A stretch of 63,990 nucleotides of DNA, counting the filler, from Folioceros fuciformis (Eukaryota), in assembly GCA_049999805.1 (NCBI GenBank). It is 11 parts of 11 records of this genome, joined end to end, with 100 filler letters (N's around TTAATTAATTAA, not from the genome) between each part and the next. Parts side by side here need not be neighbours in the genome. Positions count along the whole stretch, not along the records: positions 17,361 to 25,672 come from JBNGIO010004637.1; positions 25,773 to 30,548 come from JBNGIO010004638.1; positions 30,649 to 36,027 come from JBNGIO010004639.1; 8 more parts are not named here. One strand, 5' to 3'. The stretch's first letter is position 1. Each line of letters begins with the position of its first letter. The notes under the pieces are model-generated. The model was not told the DNA's origin. It did not search any database and worked only from the letters and a program-made list of their open reading frames with translations. This document shows positions 22,546 to 34,930 of this stretch, piece by piece. A program made the position numbers and the translations under genes.

Positions 22546-25023
22546 ATGGAGGCCATCATCCTCGCAACTAGCTCAGCTTGTGCAGTGGGGTTGGATACTG
22601 GGTTCTGGCTTTACACTTCTTCGGCGTCTGTTATCAGGCGTAATGGCTGCATGATGCGATGCACTTCGTTCCCTCAAAGATCGACAGGGCCGCCCGCGGC
22701 AACAGCTTTTCTGGGTCCGACAAAGAGCGAGGACATGCAAACTGGCCATCTTCCTGCTACATCCAAAAGGGCCTGGATGAATAATGATGACCCTTGCAGG
22801 CCTGCAGGATACCAAAGAGCCGTAACGGCTGAGACTGTTACCGAACATTGTCAGGAGGGGCAGCTTGCGGAGGCTGTTGAGGCCCTGGGAATTCTGGTGC
22901 AGACAGATTGTCGTGTACCAGCATCACTGTTCTATACTACCCTGAAGAGTTGTGGGTTTAAGAAGGATTTGGTTTTGGGTCGCCGTGTCCATGCTCTTAC
23001 AGTGGAGCATGGGTATGAGGCGGACACGTTCCTGTGCAACCACATTCTGCGGATGTATGCTTCCTATGGTAGGTTGGAAGAAGCGATGGATGTGTTCACC
23101 GCGGTTGCCAAACCAGATGCCTTTATGTGGTCTTCCATAGTTTCTGCACATGTGAACCAGGGAGAAGCTAGGCAGGCCATACACTTGTATGATCGGATGC
23201 GGAGCTCAGGTGTGAAGCCTGACGGCCATGTATTTGTGGCAGCTCTTCAGGCTTGTGCCAGGGGAGCGGACTTGAAAGCTGGGCAGCAGGTGCATGCTGA
23301 TGTGTTGGCCAGTGCGGTTAAGCCTGATTTGTTTGTTTGCAATGCGTTGGTGGACATGTATGCAAAGTGTGGCAGCTTGGAAGAAGCTCATAGTGTCTTC
23401 GACGGACTAGACCGGAAGGATGTGGTGACTTGGACAGCTCTGATAGGTGGATATTCTCAGCAGGGCTTGGGTCTGAAAGCCCTTCAGCTCTACAGTGCTA
23501 TGCAAGAAGAGGGCGTGGCTGCGCCCAATTCCGTGACATTTGCTTGCCTCCTGCAAGCATGCGCAAGTGTGGGTGCCCAGGCTTTGGAGACGGGGAAGCA
23601 GCTTCATGACCAGATTTTGCGACGAGGGTTTCAGGGTGATGTGCTTGTAGCCAACAGTCTGGTGAACATGCATGCAAAGTGTGGCAGCTTGGAAGATGCC
23701 CAGCGAGTGTTTGAGGGCCTCGCTCAGAAAGACGTGGTTACATGGAATGCCATGATCGCAGGATATTCTCAACATGGCCTGGGGAAGGAAGTGCTTCGCC
23801 TCTTTCAGGCTATGCAACAGGAAGACACGATAGCGCCCGACTCTGTGACATTCCTGTGCCTACTGCAGGCATGTGTAAGTGTAGGTTTCCCCGCTTTGGA
23901 GAAGGGGAAGCAGCTTCATGCACAAATTAGAGAACGAGGGCTTCAAGCCGATGTGTTTGTTGCCAACAATTTGGTGAACATGTATGCTAAGTGTGGCAGC
24001 TTGGTAGACGCTCAAAGCCTGTTCAACGAGCTTTCTCAGAAAGATGTGGTAACGTGGAATGCCATGATTGCAGGATATTCCCAGCAGGGCATGGGGCAGG
24101 AAGCCCTTCGTCTTTACAAGGCTATGCAAGAAGAAGGCACAATTGCACCGGACTCTGTAACATTTCTGTGCGTCCTTCAGGCATGTGCGAATGTAGCAGC
24201 GTTGGACGTTGGACGAGAGCTTCATGCACGGATTGAACAGCAAGGGCTACTTCAAAGCGATCTGACATTAGGCAACAGTTTGATCAACATGTATGCAAAG
24301 TCTGGGAGCATGGTTGATGCACAACAGGTATTTCACGCCTTGCCTGAAAGAAGCGTTGTCACCTGGAATGCACTGATTGCAGGCTACACCCGCCAAGGAA
24401 ACAGCGACATGGTTTTTCACTTGTTTCACCGTATGAGCCAGCATGGGATACAGCCAGACGCCATTGCCTTCCTCAGTGTTCTAACAGCATGCAGTCAAGC
24501 AGGTTTAGTGGAGAAGGGACGAGAGTACTTCGATGCAATGAGCACATTCCACAGCATCACACCTACGGCAGAGCACTACACCTGCATGGTGGATCTCCTG
24601 GGTCGTGCAGGGAAACTGGAGGAGGCACTATATCTAGTGAGCACAATGCCTGTGAAGCCCGATGCTGCAGTTTGGCACACTCTACTGGGTGCTTGCCGAA
24701 AGTGGAGCAACGTGGAGGTGGGACGCCATGCGTTCGAGGAAGCAGTGAAGCTGGACAGCAAAGATGCCGAGGCGTACGTCTCAATGTCGAACATCTACAT
24801 GGGTGCCTCTAAATGGGAGGAAGCTCAGGAGATTCAAGCGAGGAGAATAGACATCCAGGCTTGGAAGCAACCGGGCCAGAGTTGGTGGACTGACATGGAG
24901 GGACTTGTGCACAGTTTTCTGGTTGCGGACAAGAAGCATCCAGAGAGTGGGGACATCTATGCCAAACTGAAACAACTCTTCTCCAAAATGGAAGAAGAAG
25001 AGTACTATATGATTGAATGGTGA
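22546..25023 (+). CDS. PLS-E+ PPR protein with PG-WW box and truncated DYW domain, 825 aa
   Basis: PLS triplets, E1/E2, KQPGQSWWTD..VHSFLVADKKHPES..IYAKL; no HxE/CxxC. Confidence 0.93.
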   Translation: MEAIILATSSACAVGLDTGFWLYTSSASVIRRNGCMMRCTSFPQRSTGPPAATAFLGPTKSEDMQTGHLPATSKRAWMNNDDPCRPAGYQRAVTAETVTEHCQEGQLAEAVEALGILVQTDCRVPASLFYTTLKSCGFKKDLVLGRRVHALTVEHGYEADTFLCNHILRMYASYGRLEEAMDVFTAVAKPDAFMWSSIVSAHVNQGEARQAIHLYDRMRSSGVKPDGHVFVAALQACARGADLKAGQQVHADVLASAVKPDLFVCNALVDMYAKCGSLEEAHSVFDGLDRKDVVTWTALIGGYSQQGLGLKALQLYSAMQEEGVAAPNSVTFACLLQACASVGAQALETGKQLHDQILRRGFQGDVLVANSLVNMHAKCGSLEDAQRVFEGLAQKDVVTWNAMIAGYSQHGLGKEVLRLFQAMQQEDTIAPDSVTFLCLLQACVSVGFPALEKGKQLHAQIRERGLQADVFVANNLVNMYAKCGSLVDAQSLFNELSQKDVVTWNAMIAGYSQQGMGQEALRLYKAMQEEGTIAPDSVTFLCVLQACANVAALDVGRELHARIEQQGLLQSDLTLGNSLINMYAKSGSMVDAQQVFHALPERSVVTWNALIAGYTRQGNSDMVFHLFHRMSQHGIQPDAIAFLSVLTACSQAGLVEKGREYFDAMSTFHSITPTAEHYTCMVDLLGRAGKLEEALYLVSTMPVKPDAAVWHTLLGACRKWSNVEVGRHAFEEAVKLDSKDAEAYVSMSNIYMGASKWEEAQEIQARRIDIQAWKQPGQSWWTDMEGLVHSFLVADKKHPESGDIYAKLKQLFSKMEEEEYYMIEW

Positions 25024-27048
25024 AAGCCGTTGAAGGTTTGAAACGTGAGGGCCAAAGTCACACATGACATCATTTCAAAGGCTGGCAACTGAAGTTCCGA
25101 TCAAAATCAACTTGTGACCTGGATCGGCGACCGGTATGTACCATATCTTTGTATTTGCATGAAGGACGACCAAGATGAATTATTGGCTTGGAAGATGTAG
25201 TTCGGACCATCTTCCAAGCTGTGACTACGCTCAGAGCTACTGGACTACTTGCTTCTGTAGTGACATGAACTCTCCGCCCCCGAGGTGGCTGTTGCATCTC
25301 AACAACAAAAAGCACCTTCAAGATAGCACATTACACATAGTGATGGCTGTTGACCCAACAGATTTGCTGAATGTAGGAGGAGAAGAGTTGGCTGTCCCGT
25401 CAAGCAATCCCTCCATCGCTACCCATCCCAGACAAACGAGAGAAAAAGATGGTCACCAGAACATGCAAAAAAGCGGGCGCGGAATGACAATAATGTACAA
25501 TATTACATAAAAATGAGAGCGGTAAAGAGGCAGCGGCTACGCTCCGGGTTCCGACACGGGTCACCCTGGGAAAGCTCTGATCATGCTGCCTGGCATCCTC
25601 AGCGACAGGGGAGGAGGCTGGGCCAATTTCAGTCTGCGCGACAGGCCATGTGTGCAGCCTTGCAAGGTCCGCNNNNNNNNNNNNNNNNNNNNNNNNNNNN
25701 NNNNNNNNNNNNNNNNTTAATTAATTAANNNNNNNNNNNNNNNNNNNNNNNNNNNNNNNNNNNNNNNNNNNNGTCGCGCCCGTTAGGGTGCGAAACGCCG
25801 TGTCCCACAGAGGGCGAGTCGTGCCCGTCTGCGCACGAGTCTGGGCGCAGGCGCCCGCGCATGAGATCGAGCTTGCCGGGGAGCAGGTCAGCGCGAGCGG
25901 CTGGCGAGGGAGATCGGGCCTCGTCTTTTGCAGCGGGTGGCGGGGGAGATTGGGCCTGGTGCGCGTTGGCAGGGCACTCATCTGGGTCGAGATTCCTCAC
26001 AAGATTGTGGCAGGTCTGCGCAGAAACAGGGCTAGATTTGTGCAGGATCTGAAACGCACCAGCTGGGCGCCCCTCCGGTGCCGGGTCTGCAACTATGTGC
26101 AACGGTGGTGAGAGCGCAGCAGCGGAATCTTCTGGTTTGATGTCGACCTCGTCTTCTAACCCGGTTTGTAACGGCAAGTGTGCAGTGGAGGGCGCCTGAT
26201 CGTGCCTTTCTTGAGTCTATTTTCGGGCCAAGAGATTGCTGAAGGCGGCTCCGGATGCGAGAAGGAGTTCATCATTGTTTTCACCGGAACTGACGATATG
26301 CAGATAGCCCGGGGTCCATCCTGGCGCATCCTTACAGAAGCCATGGAGAGGGCAGTCCACACGCGGACCCTGGCCTGGACGGCAGGAACACTGCTTGTGG
26401 CGGTTGCAAAAGCAGAGGGTAGGCGATCGTCAGTGCCTCTGATGTCTCTGCCTCGTCAAAGTTCTCCGCTTTTTCTGTTTGGTCTTGAATGTGAGCCGGG
26501 CCGGTCTTCGCCGGGCCTCCGTTTGGGGAGATCGTAGCCGATCGAGAAGGCGTGCACTCATCTTGGGGTTGGAAGGCGCCATCGCAAGCCGCTAAAGCTC
26601 GTACGCGGGGGCGCGGGATCTGGCCGGCAAGGAGGTAGTGAGGCCGGGGGAAGGGGAGGAGACCTTCCCCGGCCTCCAATTTAAAGGCCATGGAGAGGAG
26701 CGCCTCCCTATATCTAGCGTTTGAACGGTTACATAACCGCAGTGAACGAGAGCGTGGTTGGTAGCCTGGCTACCATTAGAACTTGAAATAAAGTACCTCA
26801 GGGCCGGATTAATGCTGGGATGGGGGCCCGACTATGGCCTCCTTCTATACTCATTTTGAACCGTCTTTTTTTTGTTTTGACCTATGCTGGCCTGGCTGGG
26901 GTAGGAATCTGTTCCTCCCTCATCCTAACCTATAGGAGTAAAGAAGAGCTGACAGCCCCGGCTGCATCTATGCAAGTAGGCGACGTGGAGATTCCGCAGA
27001 GTTCGAAATCGACGAGAAGGGGATCTAGACTCCGGAACAGGAGACTAG

Positions 27049-27294
27049 GCTCTGATACCATGATTGGAATACCTAACAGTAGGTAGACATGCGTAGACAT
27101 GGACTCTAGAACAAAAGCAAAGCAAATTAGCATAACTAAGAAAGAGTCAAAAAGGTACAAAGCATAGTGTTGTTTATATACTATGCGGGGCACCCTTTCA
27201 TGAAAAGGCATACCCCTTCAGGGTAAGTGCTAGTTAAGTAGTTAACCTAACGACTAACTATGGGTTATGGATGACTGAACCCTTATTCCTAACA
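27049..27294 (-). mobile_element. 5' LTR (27061-27294) + PBS (27049-27060) of a second LTR element nested in the RT of the Copia at 27295-30548
   Basis: Minus strand TGTTAGGAAT...ATTCCAATCA then TGGTATCAGAGC; interrupts RT right after GSI*HLVQNTRFDVAC. Confidence 0.8.
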
Positions 27295-30200
27295 ACAAGC
27301 AACGTCAAACCTAGTATTTTGTACCAAGTGCTATATACTGCCTACAACCCCTTTATAGGGTATATCCTTCATTTCTTCTATCTCTGCAGGAGTGCTGGGG
27401 CACATAGAGGAACGTAATCGTTCGCCAGTTTGCATAGGGGTGTCAACAGGCTTACAATTCTGCATCTGATATTTTTCTAGCATATCAATAATGTACCTCT
27501 CTTGATGAAGAATGATACTATTGGAGTTAATGATAACCTGGATGCCAAGTAGATACTTGATAACACCATTGTCAGTCATTAAAAACTCCTTGTTGAGTTC
27601 ACTTTTGGTCAAGTTGAGAAAACCGAGATCATCGGAACAAACAACAAGGTCGTCAACATACAAACCCATGAAAAGGTGAGCGTTACCTTGCCATCTTATG
27701 AAGACACTGGAATCTACATGGGATTTAATGAAGCTGTTGCTAATGAGAAAGGTTTGCAACCTCTTATACCAGCCACGAGGCGATTGTTTTAATCCGTATA
27801 AGGTCTTGAGGAGTTTACATACTTTGTGGGCTTCACCAGGTTTAATATAGGCCTTTGGTTGTTGAAGAAAGATTGCTTCTCGCAGAACGCCATTCAGGAA
27901 GGCTGTTTGTACATCCATTTGATGTACGTGTAGCTTGTGGATGGCAGATGGAGCAAGCATGACTCTAAGCAAGGTAAGTTTCACAACTGGACTGAAGATG
28001 CTTTCCTTTTGATAGTCTAAGCCGTCCTTTTGTGTAAACCCCCGCGCAACAAGTCTGGCTTTGTACTTTGAAAGACTACCATCAGCATTATATTTCTTCT
28101 TTAAGACCCATTTACTCAACACGATACTTCTGCCAGAAGGAGGATCTACGAGAGTCCAAGTATTATTAGCAATAAGTGAGTTGAACTCTCGATCCATAGC
28201 AGCTTGCCACTCAGGGCCTTCGTCACCGTTAAGTGCTTCTCAAACGGCACAAGGATCACTGATAATGGAGACGGAGCTTGCTACTAGTCCACGGGAAAAC
28301 TCAAGGTCATCATAGTGTGTACTTGGTATTCCTTTATTTGCTCTTGATGAACATCTTAAACGTGGACCAGGTGAATCTGCAGGTGTAGGGGTTAGTAGCA
28401 ATTTGGCAGGAGCTTGTGCAGCTAAATTTGTGTCTGCTCCTTCGTCCCCCGATAGTGGCACAAGTCTGCTAGGGATTGGACGCGAGGCCAGATGAGGAGA
28501 AGACAACACACCGGTGGGAAAACCAGGCGTGGGAAGCTCATCACCGGGAGCCAGGAGTCGAGTGATAGAACCTGTAGGGGCCAGCATCAACGGCTAGAGG
28601 CCAGACCGCACCACCCAAAACCTACACCCCCTGAGGCGAGGAAGGGTTCGGACTGGAAATCCCAGGCCCAAGGCCAAAATCATCCTCAGTTGTGGAGGGC
28701 AGGAAGCGAACCGGAGTGGCAGGAGCATAGACACCACCAGGCGGAGGGGCGGGAGGCGGAGCTGAAGGAGGTGCAGCAGGAACAACAAGAATAGCACCAT
28801 CTTCAAAGGAGGTCAAAGCGGACTCAGGGCCATCTTGCCATGGGAGAGCATCGAGCAGAGTCGGAGGGGAAGAGGTGGGCAACAGAGACAACTCATCAAA
28901 TATGGCATTCCGAGCAAGAGTGATGCGTCGGGTGCCTCTGTCTAACAGACGATAGCCTTTGACATGATCAGAGTCACCATAACCAATAAAGGTCAGTTTG
29001 GTGGAGTGCGAATCCAATTTCTTCCGAAGTTTTGATGGAACATAGGCATACTCATCACATCCAAAAACACGAAGATGACTAATATTTGGCTTGCGTTCTG
29101 TCCAGACTTGATATGGAGTCTTGCCAGGAACAGTGGAATTGCTACAATGATTTTGCACATAACAAACAGTAGCAGTAGCTTCAACCCAGAAAGAATTTGG
29201 GAGATGGGCTGTAGCCAAAGAGCTCCGCACAGCATCAAGAAGTGATTTGTTATGCCGCTCGGCCTTGCCAAGTTGTTGATGGGCGTAAGGCACTATCTTT
29301 TGATGTTGAATGCCACAAGCAAGCAGGTGAGCTTCAAAAGCTTGGGAAGTTAATTCCTTAGCAAAGCCTCTGACTTATGAGTGAGAAAGTAGAGGGTGGT
29401 ATAGTGGCTAAAATCATCTAGAATAACAAACATGTACAGTCTACCTACAAGAGAAGGGGTCTGCATAGGTCCACATAAGTCAGCATGCACAACCTCAAGT
29501 AAATGAGTAGTGTGTGAAGTGGACCTGGCATAGGGTTGGCTATGTTGTTTCCCAACAAGGCCACCGCGGCACAAAGGCAAGTCAAACAAGGGGGGTAAGC
29601 CGACAACCATCTGTTGCTTCTGCATTCGATATAAGCCCTGGATATGAAGATGAGATAACCTCAAATGTCACAACATAGTTTGAAGACTGAGCTTGTTTGC
29701 AGTGACGAGACTGAATGAGGAATGACTTGATTTGGCAAAAACTAGATCCAAGTTACTGTCACTCGGAGGAACTAAGCCTCGAGCTATGGGATAGAGGCAT
29801 CCCACAGGATGACAAATAAGCTGTAAGCTCTGACCACTGCTTGCAGTCAGCTTGACGTGATAGCCTCGATGTGAAAAGATAATGAAGTTGCCAACCTTCA
29901 TTGTAGCTTGATGTGCAGATAGCAGATTTTGAGAAAGACTAGGCACATGTAGTACATCTTTTACATAGGCAGTAATGCCCTGTATCTGAATTTGTATTGT
30001 GCTCGTGGCAACACCCATAAGGGTGAAATTGTCACCAAGATGAACAGGTTTCTTCTGCTGTAAAGGAGCATATGTGAGAAACCAGTTTCTCCGAGGAGTC
30101 ATGTGCTAAGTGCAGCCACTCTCAAGGAGCCACCAATCGGAGAGGGGGTATGGTAACAAAATGGGAGAGTGAGCAGTAAACAAATAAGTAGGTGCCACTG

Positions 30201-30548
30201 TAGGAGTGATAGAAGTGGGTCCTGCAGAAGTAAGAGCATGGTTAGAATAGGCAGTAACGCCATTAGCTCTATCTTGTTTCCGTTTGCGACACTCTGGGGC
30301 TATGTGTCCCTTCTTCTTACAGTAGTGGCAAACGAGATCCTTATGAGCCGGGTTATTTGGAGGTGGTTTGGATTTAGGTCTAGGTGGGAAGGGAGTACCA
30401 GTTTTAAAAGGAACCTTTCTGGGTCTGTTAGAACCCGCATACAGGGCTGAGGTGCCTGTATTACTAGTATCTAAAAGATGAACACCTCGCAAAATAGCTT
30501 CATGCCGGATTTTCGCCAACAAAGATGTAAGAGTGAGAGGATTAGCCG
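27295..30548 (-). mobile_element. Ty1/copia internal region (gag zinc knuckle, protease, integrase, RT), degenerate
   Basis: CHYCKKKGHIAPEC, WLLESGCT*HMT, VHADLCGPM, HLRVFGC, YKARLVARGFTQ, QMDVQTAFLNG, LYGLKQSPR, YVDDL; several stops and frameshifts. Confidence 0.95.
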
Positions 30549-31848
30549 NNNNNNNNNNNNNNNNNNNNNNNNNNNNNNNNNNNNNNNNNNNNTTAATTAA
30601 TTAANNNNNNNNNNNNNNNNNNNNNNNNNNNNNNNNNNNNNNNNNNNNCTCCCCAATCAACGCACTTAGGTCCTCCTAGCCACAGATCCTGGCCAAGCTC
30701 GCTCTCCTTCGTTGATGATCCACTCAAGGTCTCGCAGCGACCAGTCTGTCCTTGGCCTTCGACCTCATCTCAACACCTCGTCCTCGCACCTTGGCTGGTT
30801 TTTGATCGGCACTCGTCTCCAACTCTCCTCACAACCCTAGCCTTTGCTAGTGGTGGCCAAAGCTACCGGCTTCGAGCTTCATCCAATGCCCTAGCCAACA
30901 ACGATTGACCACCTTCCCCAAATAAACGTTAGTGCCAATAGAGAGTGGGCTAATCCCTGCTCGAGGTAGCCACTTAATAAACTATTTAGGTTAATATATA
31001 ATATTATCTAAATAGTTAAGTTAATTATATATAAATTCATATTGCCAAGCCGAAAACCGAACCTATACTCAGACCTAATATTAAGCCGAACCTATCGTCT
31101 GCTACTAAAGCCGAGTTTCATTAGGCTTGGTATTGAATTACTCCCATCCTGCGGACAACACTACCCTTTATCCTCAGGTTAGTAAGCGCCTCACTAACTA
31201 TCACCTGGTTAGTTGGCCTAATTGTCAGTAAAAATAGAAAAAAAAACTAAAAATAAAGGAAAAAGGAAAACCTTACTAAGCCACATTTGATCTTTTTTTT
31301 TATCAAACTAAACCAGTGCTCCAAAATTTAGTGTTTCGCAACATGTTAGTCTCAAGCAATAAGAGGACATGAACTAGAAGTGTCAAAGGGTCACAGTCTG
31401 CTTTGTTAGCATAGGCGATTGGTGTGGTGAATGCAAATGTTTGCTAGAGCAAACAGCTAGCTACGACATCTATATTCTCCAATCTTTGTAGTAGTGTGGG
31501 TCCTCTACAAGGGCCTCATGGGGTGTTATGGTGTGAAGGCCTTTTACCTTGTTCTTGTGCTAAGGGGATAGGGCAATAAGATAGTGCACACTTATCTTCC
31601 CCTAATTGTGTCTTGCATTCAAGGACTTTCCCACACTCATTTGCATCTAGAGAAATGTTGTCATATGCATCTAGAGGAATGCTTTCATACTTTGATTACA
31701 TTGCCGCGAATGCCTCTATGGTCACTTGCATTGGTCCCTAAATGACAACATGGTGACAAGGATGATTATATGCAAGTACATGGTTTACAAGATGCTGATA
31801 TTCTATTTATATATGATAAATGATATTCACAAGGTGCTCCAATACACT

Positions 31849-32265
31849 CCAAGCCAAGCTGCAGCACTAGGCCGCCAAGCCAAGCTGCCGCTCTAGGCCT
31901 CCAAGCCAAGCTGCCGAACTAGACCTCCAAGCCAAGCTGCCGCACCAGGCCTCCAAGCCAAGCTGCCGCACCAGGCCTCCAACCCAAGCTGCATTCTAGT
32001 ACTATACTGTCCTGTTTCTAGTAGTTTTGGTTTTTTTTCACTGTCCTGTTTCTAGTACTATACTGTCCTGTTTCTAGTAGTTTTGGTTTTTTTCACTGCC
32101 CTGTTTCTAGTAGTTTTGGTTGAGTTTCAGCCACATGAAAGCGGCGGTTTTGTTTCAGCCACATGAAAGCGGCGGTTTTGTTTCAGCCACACGAAAGCGG
32201 CGCAACTACTACAGTCTTTGCTCCGCAACTACTACAGTCTTTGCTCCTCAACTACTGCAGTCTTT
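31849..32265. repeat. Cluster of four different adjacent minisatellites
   Basis: 26-bp CCAAGCCAAGCTGCCGCACCAGGCCT x about 5.5; CTGTCCTGTTTCTAGTA-based repeat; 28-bp GTTTCAGCCACATGAAAGCGGCGGTTTT x3; 23-bp GCAACTACTACAGTCTTTGCTCC x3. Confidence 0.9.
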
Positions 32266-32727
32266 GCTCTGAAAGCTACCCCAAGCTCAAACAGGCATCC
32301 CAACTCTTTTCTTGTGAGCCGAGTGACCTCCTCCGGCACGCTCACATTCTAGGCTCACCTCCCAGCTATAGGCAGCCCAGCTCAGCGCCAGACTCGAGAG
32401 ACCAGGATCATTACCTCTACAGAATTTCTCAAGAATCCTCAGAGTGCTCTCAATGCTCTACACTCAACTCTGGCGTCAGACTATCTCCCATGCAAGCTAC
32501 AGTTGCATACATTCCTCTCTTGCTTATGGTGCTTTGGGCCCAGTCTACACGGACCGGGGGTAACTCGTCTACATATTTGAAAAATAAGAAGAATCCGCGG
32601 ACTTTACCGCCTACCGTATGGTACATGGAGACGTGTCAATGGAAGCGAGGGAAATCGCGCTTCCATGTTACCAGGGGGCCGCCAGGTCATCCTCCGTCGA
32701 CCTCGGGAACAACACCTCACGCAACTT

Positions 32728-34084
32728 CTATCCTGAGGACGGAGCTGCAGGAGGAGCCTCGGCCGCCATGCGCTTGTATTCCGGCTTGAGTTCGTATGTG
32801 CCTTGGTTGAGCCCCCTCTTATTGTAAATGCACAGTTCGTTCAGGACCTCCTTGAGGAAAGCCTGCCAGCACACAAAATTTATTCAGACGAAGCCTATAA
32901 TGCCAGCCATGTCGCAGAAACTGTGTTCATCAATGCAGAGAGAGGACACTACGAACCACAGGCTGAGCAGTCGCTTGGGTAAGACTCTTCAATCCCCAGT
33001 TAGGAGTCTGCTCGAAGAGTTGGAAAACCATGTCTTCCAATTGCGTGCGATCTCCGCGAATCCGCTTTCCTTCAATTCCTTTTGCAGGCACCACGCTCTT
33101 CTTCTTATCCTGAGAAGACGAACATACGCTGGTGAAAATGGTGCCTTCACGAGCGGGAGCAGATGCACATGGTGATGCATGGAAAGGAAAGCCTATTAAG
33201 TTGGGAGTCGGAAAAGATAAAGCACACTGAACCTTTGTACTCGTATTCCACGATCCCGGTGGTGGCCTCATGTACCTGCCACCATCCTCCGACAGCACCT
33301 AAAACCAGGAAACACATCAATATACACAGAGTGCAATTCGGAAAAAGGTGAGGAAGGCATGATCTCCAGGCTACAAACCTGAAGTGTTCGTGGTTTAACC
33401 ATGGACTTGGTCAGTCTCTCCCGACAAATCTTTCGGTACTCATCAGGATCCTGGCCCCTCCTCTGCATGTCGAATTTGTGCTTCACTCTTCCCTCCGCTG
33501 CCAATTTCCCTGCAGCGGATATGCAATCGTTGTGTTCAGGTGAGCTTCCCGTCCATCCACCCACCCAGAGTTGAATTCAGCATCAACACAGCTTGCCACC
33601 ACCCTGGTGCATGCCAATCCCTCACAAGGAGGGCAGCGAAGCAATTACCATCAGTTGACTCGGTGAAGATGCACATAGGCACAGGGTCCTTCGCCGCAGG
33701 GAGCACATACTTCTTCGGCAATTCTCCATCCTTCCCCGGCACCTCCATGGAAAACTGCGGCGTTTCGCAAAGTTTCGTCAGTCCGGCTCACCTCTACAAC
33801 CCTAGACAGACAAGCCGCGATATAGCTGCCAAAGAAAGACAATTGCAACATCACGCCTTGCTCTCTCATGGCACCTCTGGAGGAGAATTAGGGTTGAGCA
33901 GATCCCAGGTGGTGGTCAGCCGAGCCAGGGGCTCCGTGGATGCTGCATCGCGCTGCTGCTGCCATAATTTAGCGAGCGCAGTTGGCACCTTGAGCAGCAA
34001 AATATCGCGCTGGGACGCTGTGGTGTCGAGCGCTACTCCAGGCAACCCAGGCATATCAGCTTTTTCGTCGCCCCCCACGACCAT
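32728..34084 (-). CDS. RAP30: General transcription factor IIF subunit beta (RAP30), 6 exons, 266 aa
   Basis: Exons 34084-33875, 33754-33649, 33509-33379, 33298-33233, 33109-32957 and 32862-32728, all GT-AG, joining to 801 nt. Motifs LLKVP, EGRVKHKFDM, LFEQTPNW, FLKEVLNELCIYNKRG..YELKPEYK. Confidence 0.92.
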
Positions 34085-34439
34085 GGCGCTTCCCACGCTG
34101 CGCTACCACGCCGGCTGCATAGATGAACAAATTGTGAGGCAACGGGAAGGTGGTTGTTCCTCAGTCTCAAGCGACCTCAGGCCAGAGGATCGCGGGTCTT
34201 TCCCAGGAATAACAGAAGAGGAAGAGGGGACGACCTCGTAAGAATTGGGAGCGCAGTAGGCTGCAGATGATGTAGAACAAAGGATCCTACTGCCACCGGC
34301 GGGCAGGCAGGAAGGCTCAGGACGTAACGCCAGTCAATAACTATGTCAGCTGACTGAGAGGAAAAATGGAAGTATCTACGTACATATGTATACAAACGTA
34401 TGAACAAACAAACACACATACTGGACTGGATAGGTATTT

Positions 34440-34930
34440 TTATTATTATTAAAAAAAGATGAAAAGTTCCATCCACTACAAAATCCCAAATAGATATTTT
34501 CTATTATGGAGAGTCCACTCTTTAGAGTGGAGAATCTTATTTACTCCAAAGATTGTAGGAACAACCCAAGGAGGTCTCTTCTATTCCAAAGATTGTAGAA
34601 CAACCCAAGGAGGTCTCTTCTATTCCAAAGATTGTAGGAACAACCCAGGTCCCTCCTACTCTAAAGATTGTAGGAATAATCCATCCATTTACTCCAAAGA
34701 TTGTAGGAATAACCCATCCATCTACTCCAAAGATTGTAGCAACAACCCAAGCAGGTCCCATCTACTCCAAAGATTGTAGGAACAACCCAAGTAGGTCCCA
34801 TCTACTTCAAAGAATTGTAGGAACGAATCAAGTAGGTCCCATCTACTCCAAAGATTGTGAGAAAAACCTAAACAGATCCCATCCACTCCAAGAACAACCC
34901 AAGCAGGACTATTAATCAAAAGTACTAGCC
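34440..34930 (-). repeat. CRE-like 3' end plus minisatellite of about 33-40-bp units (CTACTCCAAAGATTGTAGGAACAACCC)
   Basis: 34440-34477 matches 9890-9925 (TTATTATTAAAAAAAGATGAAAGTTCCATCCACT); about 10 variable repeat units follow. Confidence 0.8.

Noticed and set aside
26798-26830. CAGGGCCGGATTAA as a DNA transposon terminal repeat
   Set aside because: No matching second terminus found.
33540-34241. 233-aa plus-strand ORF and other antisense ORFs over the PPR and CHZ genes
   Set aside because: Shadow ORFs opposite well-supported genes.
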